From NCBI GenBank assembly GCA_038523235.1, contig JBCBJQ010000003.1, forward strand, positions 32,001 through 96,000: a DNA stretch of 64,000 nt, given 5' to 3'. How positions within the stretch are numbered: the first letter of the stretch is position 1; each line of letters opens with the position of its first letter. The stretch is from Cyanobacteria bacterium J06626_4. Its GTDB lineage: Bacteria > Cyanobacteriota > Cyanobacteriia > Phormidesmidales > Phormidesmidaceae. The translations under genes were made by a program, and so were the position numbers. Of the stretch, positions 32,116 to 41,506 are shown piece after piece. Under the pieces are notes generated by a model that was not told where the DNA came from, did not search any database, and saw only the letters and a list, made by a program, of their open reading frames with translations.

Positions 32116-32508
32116 AGCGCTGTTATCACGTCTGCTCCCAGTTCTCGATTAATAACGCCTGAGCCCGGCTCTCAATTTCGGACGATGAATGCCTACAAGA
32201 AACGGTCATGAGTTAAGGGCATCGGGGAATCACTCTATTTTGGTGACTTAAATCTGAATTATCGTCGCCGCGATCGCCCCCTTGGCCCCCTAGCCGCCGC
32301 CCAACCGCCGTAAACTGCCGCGATTATAGGGTGAACTTTGGCAATGTGAACGAAATTAAGAGTTTTTCTGGAGGATTTGGCCACTGCTTTTAAAGGCTTG
32401 TACCCTAAAGGCATTCTCACCCTGGGATTAACCCTGGGAGTGACTGCCACCTTTTGGCCCTCTAAGTCAGACCGAACGATTCTTTATGAGTGCCTTGAGG
32501 ATCATCCT

Positions 32509-34224
32509 GTGGCTAGCGAACATCAGTTTGTACTCGATCTAACCGTTGCCCTCGGGGCCTCCGCGATCAGTGGGTTTGTGGCCCATCGGTTGCGGCAGCC
32601 AGCCCTGTTGGGCTATTTGGCCGCGGGCTTGATGATTGGTCCGTCGGGGTTTGGCCTGCTCAATGATGTGCAGCAAATTGAAGAGTTAGCCGAAATTGGC
32701 GTCGCCTTTTTGCTGTTTGCTCTGGGCGTCGAGTTTTCGTTAGCCAAGCTCAAGCGGGTGCAAAAGATTGCAGTACAGGGCAGCCTTCTACAAATGGGAA
32801 CCACTGCCGCTTTGGCGCTAGTGATTGCGGTCGTGGCTGGCTGGGCCATTTCGGTGCTGCAGGGGATCTTTCTGGGCTTTGTGCTGGCGCTGTCTTCCAC
32901 TGCAGTGGTGCTTAAGCTGCTGACCGATCGCGGCGAAACGACGGCGGTGCATGGTCAGCTCATGTTAGCGATCCTGATTGCCCAGGATCTCGCCCTTGGC
33001 CTGATGCTGGCGTTTTTACCCGCGCTCGATCAGCCGGAAGCTTTTTGGGTGGTGTTGGCGGCTGCAGTGTTGAAATTTGTGCTCTTTTTAGTGGGGGCGA
33101 TCGCTGTCGGGCGCTGGGGAGTGCCCCCACTCATGCGCACCATCGCCGCTACCGAGAGCCAAGAGTTGTTTTTGCTCACGATTATTGCGCTCTGTTTAGG
33201 CATTGCCTGGGTCACTTCGCGGCTTGGCCTGTCGATTGAGATGGGGGCCTTTGTCGCAGGCCTGATGGTGTCAGAAGTCGATTATTCCGAGCAGGCACTG
33301 GGGCGGGTGCTGCCGTTGCGCGACACCTTTGCCTGTCTATTTTTCGCGTCAGTGGGGATGCTGATTGATCCCCAAGTGCTGATTAGCAATGGGGCCATTA
33401 TTTTAGGGTTGGTGACCTTGGTCATGATTGGCAAAGCGTTGATTATCTTGCCCATCATTCTGCGCTTTGGTTATTCCTTTAAGACAGCGCTATTGGTCAG
33501 CGTCGGCTTAAATCAAATTGGCGAATTTTCCTTTGTGCTCTCGCTACAAGGGTTCGATCTGGGCTTGATTAGCGAACAGCAATATCTCTTGCTGCTGGGC
33601 ACGACGGCAATCACACTGGTGTTGACCCCGGCCTGGCTCAACAGCGCTCCGATGCTGACCCGCTGGCTACGCCGGGTGCCTTACCTTCGCAAATGGCAGG
33701 AGCGGTTATCAGAACCACAGTTGTTGTCAGTTCCAGACAATCTGTCTGACCACGTGATTGTGGCGGGGTATGGTCGGGTGGGGCGGGTTTTGGTCAACAT
33801 TCTGCTCAACCAGGGCTATCGGGTGCTGGTGATCGAAAACAGTGAAGCGGCGATTCAAGGCCTGCGACACCGACAAATTCCGTTTATCTATGGCGATGCC
33901 GATGCTGAGCAAGTGTTAGAAAAAACTCATCTCACCACCGCCAAGGCCCTGGCGATCGCCCTGCCCGACCCCATCAGTACTCGACTACTGCTACAGCGTG
34001 CCCTTATCCACTCTCCTCGGCTCGATATTATTGCCCGCTCGCACACTGATCAAGAAATCGACCTGCTGACTCAATTGGGGGCCCGTGAGGTGGTGCAGCC
34101 AGAGTTTGAAGCCGCGATGGAACTGGGTGCCCACCTGCTGCATACCCTAGGGGAAGAGGCGGGAGAAATTCAGGCGGTGCTGGAAACAATTCGCCGCGAT
34201 CGCTACCAGAGTGTTCGCGGTTAG
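32509..34224 (+). CDS. CPA2/Kef-type cation:proton antiporter with TrkA-N domain
   Basis: AEIGVAFLLF, LSSTAVV, QDL, QIGEFSFVL, VAGYGRVG; likely GTG at 32509 (ORF track 32377). Confidence 0.92.
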   Translation: MASEHQFVLDLTVALGASAISGFVAHRLRQPALLGYLAAGLMIGPSGFGLLNDVQQIEELAEIGVAFLLFALGVEFSLAKLKRVQKIAVQGSLLQMGTTAALALVIAVVAGWAISVLQGIFLGFVLALSSTAVVLKLLTDRGETTAVHGQLMLAILIAQDLALGLMLAFLPALDQPEAFWVVLAAAVLKFVLFLVGAIAVGRWGVPPLMRTIAATESQELFLLTIIALCLGIAWVTSRLGLSIEMGAFVAGLMVSEVDYSEQALGRVLPLRDTFACLFFASVGMLIDPQVLISNGAIILGLVTLVMIGKALIILPIILRFGYSFKTALLVSVGLNQIGEFSFVLSLQGFDLGLISEQQYLLLLGTTAITLVLTPAWLNSAPMLTRWLRRVPYLRKWQERLSEPQLLSVPDNLSDHVIVAGYGRVGRVLVNILLNQGYRVLVIENSEAAIQGLRHRQIPFIYGDADAEQVLEKTHLTTAKALAIALPDPISTRLLLQRALIHSPRLDIIARSHTDQEIDLLTQLGAREVVQPEFEAAMELGAHLLHTLGEEAGEIQAVLETIRRDRYQSVRG

Positions 34225-34397
34225 CTAGGGTTCTAGACGACGCTTAAATGCCGCATTCCGAGGCAGTTCATGAACTGTGTGTAAACGGCAGGAGAGGTTT
34301 ATCCTCAATATTCAGTGAGGTTGCCAGTGTCTCTCTTTGCTTTTGGCGAAAAGCCGGCTTAGAGTGCTCAGGAGAGGCTAAGGGAACGCGGACAACT

Positions 34398-34865
34398 TCA
34401 ACTCAGCTTTGCCGTACATTCCAAAATCAGGCGCTCGTTAATGGTGGCGTAGGGCTGCACTTTGAGTGCTCGGCGAAATGCCTGAATGGCGGCCATATGA
34501 TTGCCCAAACTCGCATGGCACAGACCAATACCATGCAAAGCCCCAAAGTGATAGGGCACCAAGTCCAAAGCTTTTTCACAGTCAGCGATCGCCGGCCAGA
34601 AACGCTTTTGCATGTAGTACAAGACCGCTCGACGGTTCCAAGCTTCGGCAAAATCAGGCATGCCCTCCACCGTTTCAGTCAGCAAGGCTTCGGCCTCAGC
34701 CGCTTCGCCCTTATCAAATAGGGTTTGACTGCGCACTAAAATTTGGGCTCCATAGGCCCCTTTCTGGGTATACCAGCGACGCCACAGCGCCTCAGTAGCG
34801 ACTTGTCGGATATTAGAGTCTGGATCTTGCAGATCTTGCAACAAAGATTCGACATCGGATGACAT
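34398..34865 (-). CDS. Tetratricopeptide repeat protein
   Basis: PDFAEAWNRRA, PYHFGALHGIG. Confidence 0.88.
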   Translation of the reverse strand: MSSDVESLLQDLQDPDSNIRQVATEALWRRWYTQKGAYGAQILVRSQTLFDKGEAAEAEALLTETVEGMPDFAEAWNRRAVLYYMQKRFWPAIADCEKALDLVPYHFGALHGIGLCHASLGNHMAAIQAFRRALKVQPYATINERLILECTAKLS

Positions 34866-35201
34866 AGATTCAGTGGCGCTCACAGGGGGGAAAGCCAACC
34901 CTGCTTGAGGAGGCAGATGTTGGCTGACAGAATACTACCGTAAATGGAATAGCCAATTTATGCAGCGGCTTACAGCAGCAAAACCAGCCTAGAACAATCG
35001 TCTCGGGGCTTCTGTTTAAGGCAAACGCTCAAAAACCTCTTTATCGCCCTCAGCGATCAAGGAATATAAGCAAAAATGGCGCTCTTTAGGACTATTCTCG
35101 AGCGCGTTTCCCTTTCCCCAAGTTAGCCGTCAGAGCATCACCAAGAGCCGATCTGGTTACCGCATTTGGCTAGGTAAAAATGGCAAAATCATCGCTCACG
35201 G

Positions 35202-35531
35202 TTACGACACGCGATCGCTCAGCACACGAGTGTTAGCAGGCAACGCCATTTTTCTGGCAACAGTATGCGCTAAGTCTTTTGAGCTGCGAATGCTCGCCCA
35301 CAGACTACAGTTCTGCTCACCAACCGTTAGTACAACATCGGCCCCTTTTTGGGTGAGCTTACAGGCCAATTGGTAGAGTCGAGTGCGATACTCGGGATTA
35401 GCCTGCTTCAGCCTGTAATAAAGCTCGTTTTGCAAATGCATGCCATCTTGCAAGGTTTCACAAAACCAAAATTTAAATACCCGTACAGTGCTTTCTTCAA
35501 CAACTTCTGGTAGCAAACCCCATGACCTCAC
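35202..35531 (-). CDS. Hypothetical cyanobacterial protein
   Basis: Protein-like ORF (FKFWF...GM...ELY...SLW.SIRS); start may be ATG 35523. Confidence 0.6.
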   Translation of the reverse strand: MRSWGLLPEVVEESTVRVFKFWFCETLQDGMHLQNELYYRLKQANPEYRTRLYQLACKLTQKGADVVLTVGEQNCSLWASIRSSKDLAHTVARKMALPANTRVLSDRVS

Positions 35532-36209
35532 GCTAGTAGTGGCTCAAGTCCAATATCGATTCATCAATGCACACCAGCCGTGCTGTATTCCTACTTGTAT
35601 AAACATAACTGCAGTTGCAATTTCGTGCCGTAACTCATAGACAACTGACAAATCATCGCTCAATTGCTCGTGATGCTGGAACCAACGTATGACCAGGGAA
35701 AGAGGGCTCATACGACGCCTCACTTCAGTCAGGGCTCTGACAAAAGCCATCAGGAACGACATCTCAGATGCCAGTCCGACAGCCGAAACGACTACGATAG
35801 TGGGCCATCTGCCCTACAGCAAGCGGGAGCGACGGCGCGATCACTTCACCATCAGCCGACAGACACCGTAATGCTTGCCAATAGTATGGGCGGTCTTGAT
35901 TAACTTGTAACACCCGCTATTTGCCTCGCAGAATGCGGCGGTCAAAATACCGAACGCTGAATTAAGGGACTGATCAAATCACGATTTCAGCGATCTGGAG
36001 CGTCTTGCCCTAACTGCGGTTTGCGATCAGTCGTAAGGCGTAATTATGGGGCCGATGTGTTGTTGATGGCGTCATGTCTCAAAGCCTTGCCGAGTTGTGT
36101 GTGATGGCCATGCCAAACACCCCCTCCACAGCATCGTTTATTGACATTTACCGACTGACTAAGCTGAGAATTGAGGCCTCTTCAGCTGCTTGAACTCCTG
36201 ACATTGACC

Positions 36210-36605
36210 TCAAGCGTTGTAGCGATAGGACCGCTTGATAACAGCCGACTGTACCAGCGAAACCAAAATATCGTCAGTCAGGGGCTTTACCAAAAAGCCA
36301 TCCAACTCTAAGAGGTCTTTAGAACCTTGCCATCGAGGAGAGGCCGACTCTGTCAAGGCGACAATCGTCATTGCTAGTGCCTTGGCCGAACAGCGAAGCG
36401 CTTTGACCTGATGTTCAAACCACGTTTGGTTTTCTCCCACCAAGATCACCAGACACGGATTGACCTGCTGGGCTTGCTCAACGGCATGTTCTGCAGACGA
36501 AGCCACCACTAAAGAATAGTGCTCAGACATCGTGGGAAGCTCTGATGCCTGAGCTGGGATCTGCCGTTCGTCTAATACGAGAACATAATCTTGAGAGAGT
36601 TTCAT
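36210..36605 (-). CDS. Atypical single-domain receiver (CheY-like) protein
   Basis: VLVLDE, P.LVIL, IVALT, DGFLVKPL; no Asp at the end of beta3. Confidence 0.7.
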   Translation of the reverse strand: MKLSQDYVLVLDERQIPAQASELPTMSEHYSLVVASSAEHAVEQAQQVNPCLVILVGENQTWFEHQVKALRCSAKALAMTIVALTESASPRWQGSKDLLELDGFLVKPLTDDILVSLVQSAVIKRSYRYNA

Positions 36606-37387
36606 TTCTTAACCATCAGGTTGTGAGCTTCTAACCGGAAGAATTCATCCCCAGTGCGCGTTGTTCATGGCACTGATGCAACGTATCACTGACCCTTATT
36701 CTGCTCGACCGGTGGGATGATTCGCGAGAAAATTCGTTTTTTTTCAGCTTTGCTGTTCTTTAAAGTTCCATAAAAATAATTTTCTTCATGAGCGCATTTT
36801 CTTGTCGGCAAAAATCGGCAGCTGTGCAGTTTTTACTAATGATGAAGGCAGTTGATTGAGCTGACCTTGTCCAAGCCAAACCGCCTTGGCTAGAGCCAGA
36901 CACTCGCATTAGCCGAGGGTTTGGGCGACGATCTCACTTCTGGCTCTGAGCTTTGGTGAGCCATCCCGAGTCACAACTGATATCTTTTGGCTTTGATTTT
37001 AGAAACCGTAGACAGCATCTCAGTTAAGTTTATTTTTGTTACGTCAAAAGACCGACGTTGCGATCTTGATATCTTCGTTCACAGAACTTTAGGATTTTTA
37101 TTTGCCTATGGAAAATCTGTGTCTGTTCATCCTATGGCAGCTGCCGCCAACGCAATATTGTTCTTATGACTATTGTTAGATTTGACCGATTTACGGGGTC
37201 GCTTATCCGCGTTTGGCGGGCTGCTGAGCAACCCGTCTTGCCAGCAGCAAGGAGGATGGGCACTTTGCTGGCCAAACTGATTTAGCTGAGCACCCGGCGT
37301 CCTGCGGCTCTCGGTCGGACTCTTGCCAAGGCACCAAGACATTGACAAGACAGATTTGAGGCAGCTTGGTAGGCCGCAGAAGTTCGC

Positions 37388-37939
37388 TTATCCTCCCGCC
37401 GCCGCAGTTTCTAGAATGTCAATGAAATAGTTGAGGGGAGGCGTAGTTTGGTCAATGCTTTTGGCGCGATCGTCCCAGCGGCGGAGCTTGACTGCGTCGG
37501 TCGCATAAGGTTGCTGAATAAAGCGGGCGGCAGCGGCAGCCGAGAAAACACCTCCCTGCAGTTCTAAACTGCACTGTGAGGCTGGGGAGAGTGCTGCCCA
37601 GTAGGCTTGATCGACCGCGCAGAGATAGCGTTTGGCTGCCACATGTAGGCAAATCGGTGTGGTCACCGCCGTGGGCCACAGCTGCTCTAAAACCGGCCCG
37701 GCCCGATATTCATGACGATCATCGAAGCCACGCTGAGCAGCATCTTCGCCCAAATGATGAATAAGGTGACCGATGTCATGCAGCAGGCAAGCGGTGATCA
37801 GCGCGACCGACTCACCGGCCTGTTCGGCCAGGGTGGCGCACTGCAGGGCATGGGCTAACTGACTCACTGCTTCGCCGCCGTATTGGGTCTGGCCGCGATC
37901 GCGATAGAGCTGCAGTAAGGAAGCCATTAGAGGAGGCAT
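37388..37939 (-). CDS. HD-domain oxygenase, PhnZ-like
   Basis: YGGEAVSQL.HALQCA, LLHDIGH, DRHE, HV.AKRYL, SL.LQGG, LRRWDD.AK. Confidence 0.85.
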   Translation of the reverse strand: MPPLMASLLQLYRDRGQTQYGGEAVSQLAHALQCATLAEQAGESVALITACLLHDIGHLIHHLGEDAAQRGFDDRHEYRAGPVLEQLWPTAVTTPICLHVAAKRYLCAVDQAYWAALSPASQCSLELQGGVFSAAAAARFIQQPYATDAVKLRRWDDRAKSIDQTTPPLNYFIDILETAAAGG

Positions 37940-38265
37940 GGGCGGGCCAGGATAAACAACAGGGGAGCACGAAACATGTGGTTTAGCAGTTTTCTGCCGA
38001 TTGGCGACAGTGTCAGGCCGTCTTCCGGTTCGACGTTGATCTGACCGTGATTAGTCTACAGGGGGCTGAACTCCATCCCTTTTAATCAATTGAGTACGGC
38101 TCAATCGCGCCCGATTCGTCCCGCCAGTCCCAAGGGCACGACAGTGTGATGGCGATCGCGCAGTGACAGGGGCACCGGCTCTCGGAACTGGAGGAATGAG
38201 GCGATCGCCTCATTCCTCCAGCAATTCGGTACCGTTAGATTGGTAGCCCAAATGAGGCACGGATT

Positions 38266-38868
38266 GTGATGGTTGCTCCACTGCTGACACAAACGCCAGA
38301 AGCCGGTACCGAACAGCGGGTACTGCTGCATGGTGTTGATTGGGAACGGTACACCGCGCTGCTGGAAGTGCTGGGGGATAACTTTCCCACACTGCGCCTG
38401 AGCTATCTAGAAGGCACGCTAGAGATTATGACCAACTCTCCAGAACACGAAGATCTGAAAAAAATGATCGGAATGTTGGTCGAAGCCTATTTGCAAGAAA
38501 CGCGCACTCGCTTCCATGCTGGGGGTTCCACGACGTTTCGCCAGGCGGCCAAACAGCGGGGACTAGAGCCGGATGAATGCTATTGCTTCGGTGCGAAAAA
38601 AGAATTTCCTGATCTGGCGATTGAGGTAGTCATCACCAGCGGCTTGGTAGACAAGCTGGAGATTTATCGAGGCTTGGGCGTGACCGAAGTTTGGCAATGG
38701 CAACCGGAAACCTTCTCGATTTACCGTCTCCAACCCAGCGGCTATGCCCGGGTGAATGCCAGTGAACTATTGCCCGATCTGGATTTCCAACTGCTGGCAG
38801 CGCATGTTCAGCCAGAGAATCAGTTCGATGCGGTCATGGATTTTCGTGACGCCGTTCGGCGGTCGTAG
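38266..38868 (+). CDS. Uma2 family endonuclease
   Basis: Y.EGTLEIM, EPDECY, PDLAIEVVITS, GV.EVW. Confidence 0.9.
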   Translation: MMVAPLLTQTPEAGTEQRVLLHGVDWERYTALLEVLGDNFPTLRLSYLEGTLEIMTNSPEHEDLKKMIGMLVEAYLQETRTRFHAGGSTTFRQAAKQRGLEPDECYCFGAKKEFPDLAIEVVITSGLVDKLEIYRGLGVTEVWQWQPETFSIYRLQPSGYARVNASELLPDLDFQLLAAHVQPENQFDAVMDFRDAVRRS

Positions 38869-38937
38869 GGGCGAGGCATTCTCGAAATAGCCCTTCGGAT
38901 GACCCACAACGTCGATTCGAGAATGCCTCGCCCCTAC
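38865..38937. repeat. REPIN-like perfect inverted repeat
   Basis: GTAGGGGCGAGGCATTCTCGAA (38865-38886) and its exact reverse complement (38916-38937). Confidence 0.9.
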
Positions 38938-38962
38938 AGGGTTTGGGAAAAACGAGTCGCCC

Positions 38963-39661
38963 CTATTCCAAATCATTCAACCGGATGTCATCGCCAGTCA
39001 TATCAGTGTGATAGACCCACGAGCGGTCGCCCCCTTCAACCACTGTTCGCCAGCCAAAAATTGCCTGTTGAGTGCAGACAGTATCGGGCCCGGCAACGCC
39101 CAGGCAGCCATCCCAAACTTGTGGTTCGGCGTCGGTGATCGTCAGCTGCTCAACGGGTAGGCCCGACTCGGCCGCCGCGATCGCCAGCACGCGATCGCCG
39201 ACGGAAGGCGGCAAATTGTTCGTGAGCGTGGATCGGCGAATCGCCTCCCCCGTGGCATCCGTGTGATAGAAATAGCTCTGATCTTGATGCACGACCTCCA
39301 GCTGCCAGCCCTCCACCAAAGCCTGTAAACAGGATTCGTTGGCTTGGCCAAGGCCTAAACAGCCATCACTCCAAACTTCTGGGGTAAACCGCAAGATAGA
39401 AATTGCAGCTAGGGGTACCCGTAACTCTGCGGCGGCTTGAGCAAGCACGCGATCGCTGACGAAATCTGGCACCATTTCGGGAGGCGTTGGTGGTGGCATG
39501 GGCTGTTCAGTATCAGGCGTGTCTGTAGAGTCTGGTTCTGAAGCGGCGGGTACCACACAGCCTGCTAGCAGACTCATCAACAGCGCCACTCCAACGAGCG
39601 CCACAGAACGGGCCTGCTTGACCCAGGGACTGAGGCGCAGCAGCATGGCAGGAGGCAGCAT
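38963..39661 (-). CDS. Lipoprotein with two copies of a WxDGCLG..C..GW..YHTD domain
   Basis: Lipobox LAGC, Pro-rich linker, internal duplication. Confidence 0.8.
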   Translation of the reverse strand: MLPPAMLLRLSPWVKQARSVALVGVALLMSLLAGCVVPAASEPDSTDTPDTEQPMPPPTPPEMVPDFVSDRVLAQAAAELRVPLAAISILRFTPEVWSDGCLGLGQANESCLQALVEGWQLEVVHQDQSYFYHTDATGEAIRRSTLTNNLPPSVGDRVLAIAAAESGLPVEQLTITDAEPQVWDGCLGVAGPDTVCTQQAIFGWRTVVEGGDRSWVYHTDMTGDDIRLNDLE

Positions 39662-39735
39662 ATCGACATCCTTTATGAGGGGCTAATCTGTTCAGACAGC
39701 GTTCTTAAACTGTTGTTCCTACTACAAAATGATCG

Positions 39736-40179
39736 ATGACTTTTCAATATCACTACACCATTCGCTTTCAAGATACTGATGCCGCTGGGGTGGTTTATTT
39801 TGCGCAACTGTTAAGCATTTGCCATACCGCCTACGAAGCGTCTCTGCAGGAATCGGGGGTGGAACTCAAGACCTTTTTTAGTCGTGGCCCAGTGGCAGTG
39901 CCGATCACCTATACCGCTGCTGAATTTCGGCGTTCCCTGCACTGTGGCGACGCCATCGCGATCGCCCTCCGGCCGGAGCAGACTGCCGCCGACGGCTTCG
40001 AAATTGAATACAAGGTGCTGCAAGCCACAGGCAAAACCGCCGCGATCGCTACCACCCACCATGTTTGCATTGATCCGGCCACCCACGAGCGGCGTTCTCT
40101 CACGTCAGAGCTGACGGCGTGGTTGGCCCGGTGGACTGCAATACCTGAATCGCCCATCGGTGTAGCTCTGCCCGATTGA
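39736..40179 (+). CDS. 1,4-dihydroxy-2-naphthoyl-CoA thioesterase (hotdog fold)
   Basis: IRFQDTDAAGVVYFA..L.ICH.AYE; next to men genes. Confidence 0.85.
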   Translation: MTFQYHYTIRFQDTDAAGVVYFAQLLSICHTAYEASLQESGVELKTFFSRGPVAVPITYTAAEFRRSLHCGDAIAIALRPEQTAADGFEIEYKVLQATGKTAAIATTHHVCIDPATHERRSLTSELTAWLARWTAIPESPIGVALPD

Positions 40180-41506
40180 GCTTGCCCTGAAGATTGTAGG
40201 CAAGGGCCGGGCGCGACAACCACTGTTTCGGCAGTTTATAGGCACTGAGCTGTGGTTTTAAAGCGGCGATGAGGAGATCGCGCTCCCAGCCCTCATGCGG
40301 GGGAACAATCACCGCGACCACCTGCTCTCCCCAAGTTTTGTCGGGGATGCCGAGCACCACCGCGTCTTGCACCAGGCCCGTTCTGAGAATGGCCGCTTCC
40401 ACTTCGGCGGGCAGTACCTTCTCACCGCCCGTCAGGATAAGCGTGCCTGCCCGACCGACTACATGCAGGTATCCAGCTTCGTCGAGATATCCCAAATCCC
40501 CGCTTTGGAAGGGCTGGGCAAACGTCGTGTCTCCATACCCCCCAGCCAAAGACTGCGCCTCTAGAGAAATTCGCCCCGTTTGCCCAGGCGGCAAATCATG
40601 CCCACCCTCATCACGAATGGTGATGTGGGCATGGGGCAGCGCTCGGCCGCTATTGACCTGACCGCCTAAAAACTCTTGAGGCAACAGGGTCGCTACCTGA
40701 GCCGCGGTTTCAGTCATGCCATAGGTCGGGGCTAAGGGCAGCTGCAATTCCCGCGCCGTTTGCAGCAGGGCCGTACTTGCCGGAGCCCCTCCCAGCAAAA
40801 TCGCGGTGAACGATCGCAGCCAGGGCACAAAATCTTGCTCGGCATCCAACAGCCGCTGCAGTTGGGTGGGTACCAGGGAAAGAAATAAAGGGTCAGACGG
40901 ACTCGCGAACGCTCCGTCCTGAAGTAATGCCCGGAACGGCTGAATCATCAACTTTCCACCCCACAGTAAACATCGCATCGCCTGCATCAGGCCGCTGACG
41001 TGGTAAAGCGGTAGCACGCAGTAGGCGTTCACGCGATCACAATGAAAGTGCTGCTGAAATCCCTGCACCCCAGCGACTAATGTCTCCCAGGTGTGAACGG
41101 CAAAGCGGATGTTGCCCGACGACCCGCCCGTGGGGATGAGAATTTGGACCATCCCATTGTCGGCCAAAGCCATCTCTGGCTGCTGGCCGCGATCACCCGA
41201 TGCGTCCCACAGGCCCTCCGGCACAGCGCCTATCACGAGGTCGGGCTGGCACTGCGCAGCCACCTGCTGCCATTCCCCTAGCCCCCAGTGCGGATTCGCC
41301 AGCCATACCCGACCAGGCACCTGACAGGCGGCTAAAAATGCGGCCAAAAATCGTACCGGCTCCGCTTCGGCGAGCAAGATGTCTTGCGGTTTAGCCTGCT
41401 GAAATTGAACCTGAAACTGCTCTAGCTGTGGCCAAAAGGTCTCTGCGTCCACACCTACCAGCCAAGACTCGCCCCACCGCTGTGGCAAAACCGTTGCTGC
41501 CTTCAT
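40100..41506 (-). CDS. menE: O-succinylbenzoate-CoA ligase
   Basis: TGGSSG, LPLYHVSGLMQ, YGMTETA, GDLG, GGEKV.P.EVE; ATGA overlap with menC. Confidence 0.92.
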   Translation of the reverse strand: MKAATVLPQRWGESWLVGVDAETFWPQLEQFQVQFQQAKPQDILLAEAEPVRFLAAFLAACQVPGRVWLANPHWGLGEWQQVAAQCQPDLVIGAVPEGLWDASGDRGQQPEMALADNGMVQILIPTGGSSGNIRFAVHTWETLVAGVQGFQQHFHCDRVNAYCVLPLYHVSGLMQAMRCLLWGGKLMIQPFRALLQDGAFASPSDPLFLSLVPTQLQRLLDAEQDFVPWLRSFTAILLGGAPASTALLQTARELQLPLAPTYGMTETAAQVATLLPQEFLGGQVNSGRALPHAHITIRDEGGHDLPPGQTGRISLEAQSLAGGYGDTTFAQPFQSGDLGYLDEAGYLHVVGRAGTLILTGGEKVLPAEVEAAILRTGLVQDAVVLGIPDKTWGEQVVAVIVPPHEGWERDLLIAALKPQLSAYKLPKQWLSRPALAYNLQGKLNRAELHRWAIQVLQSTGPTTPSALT

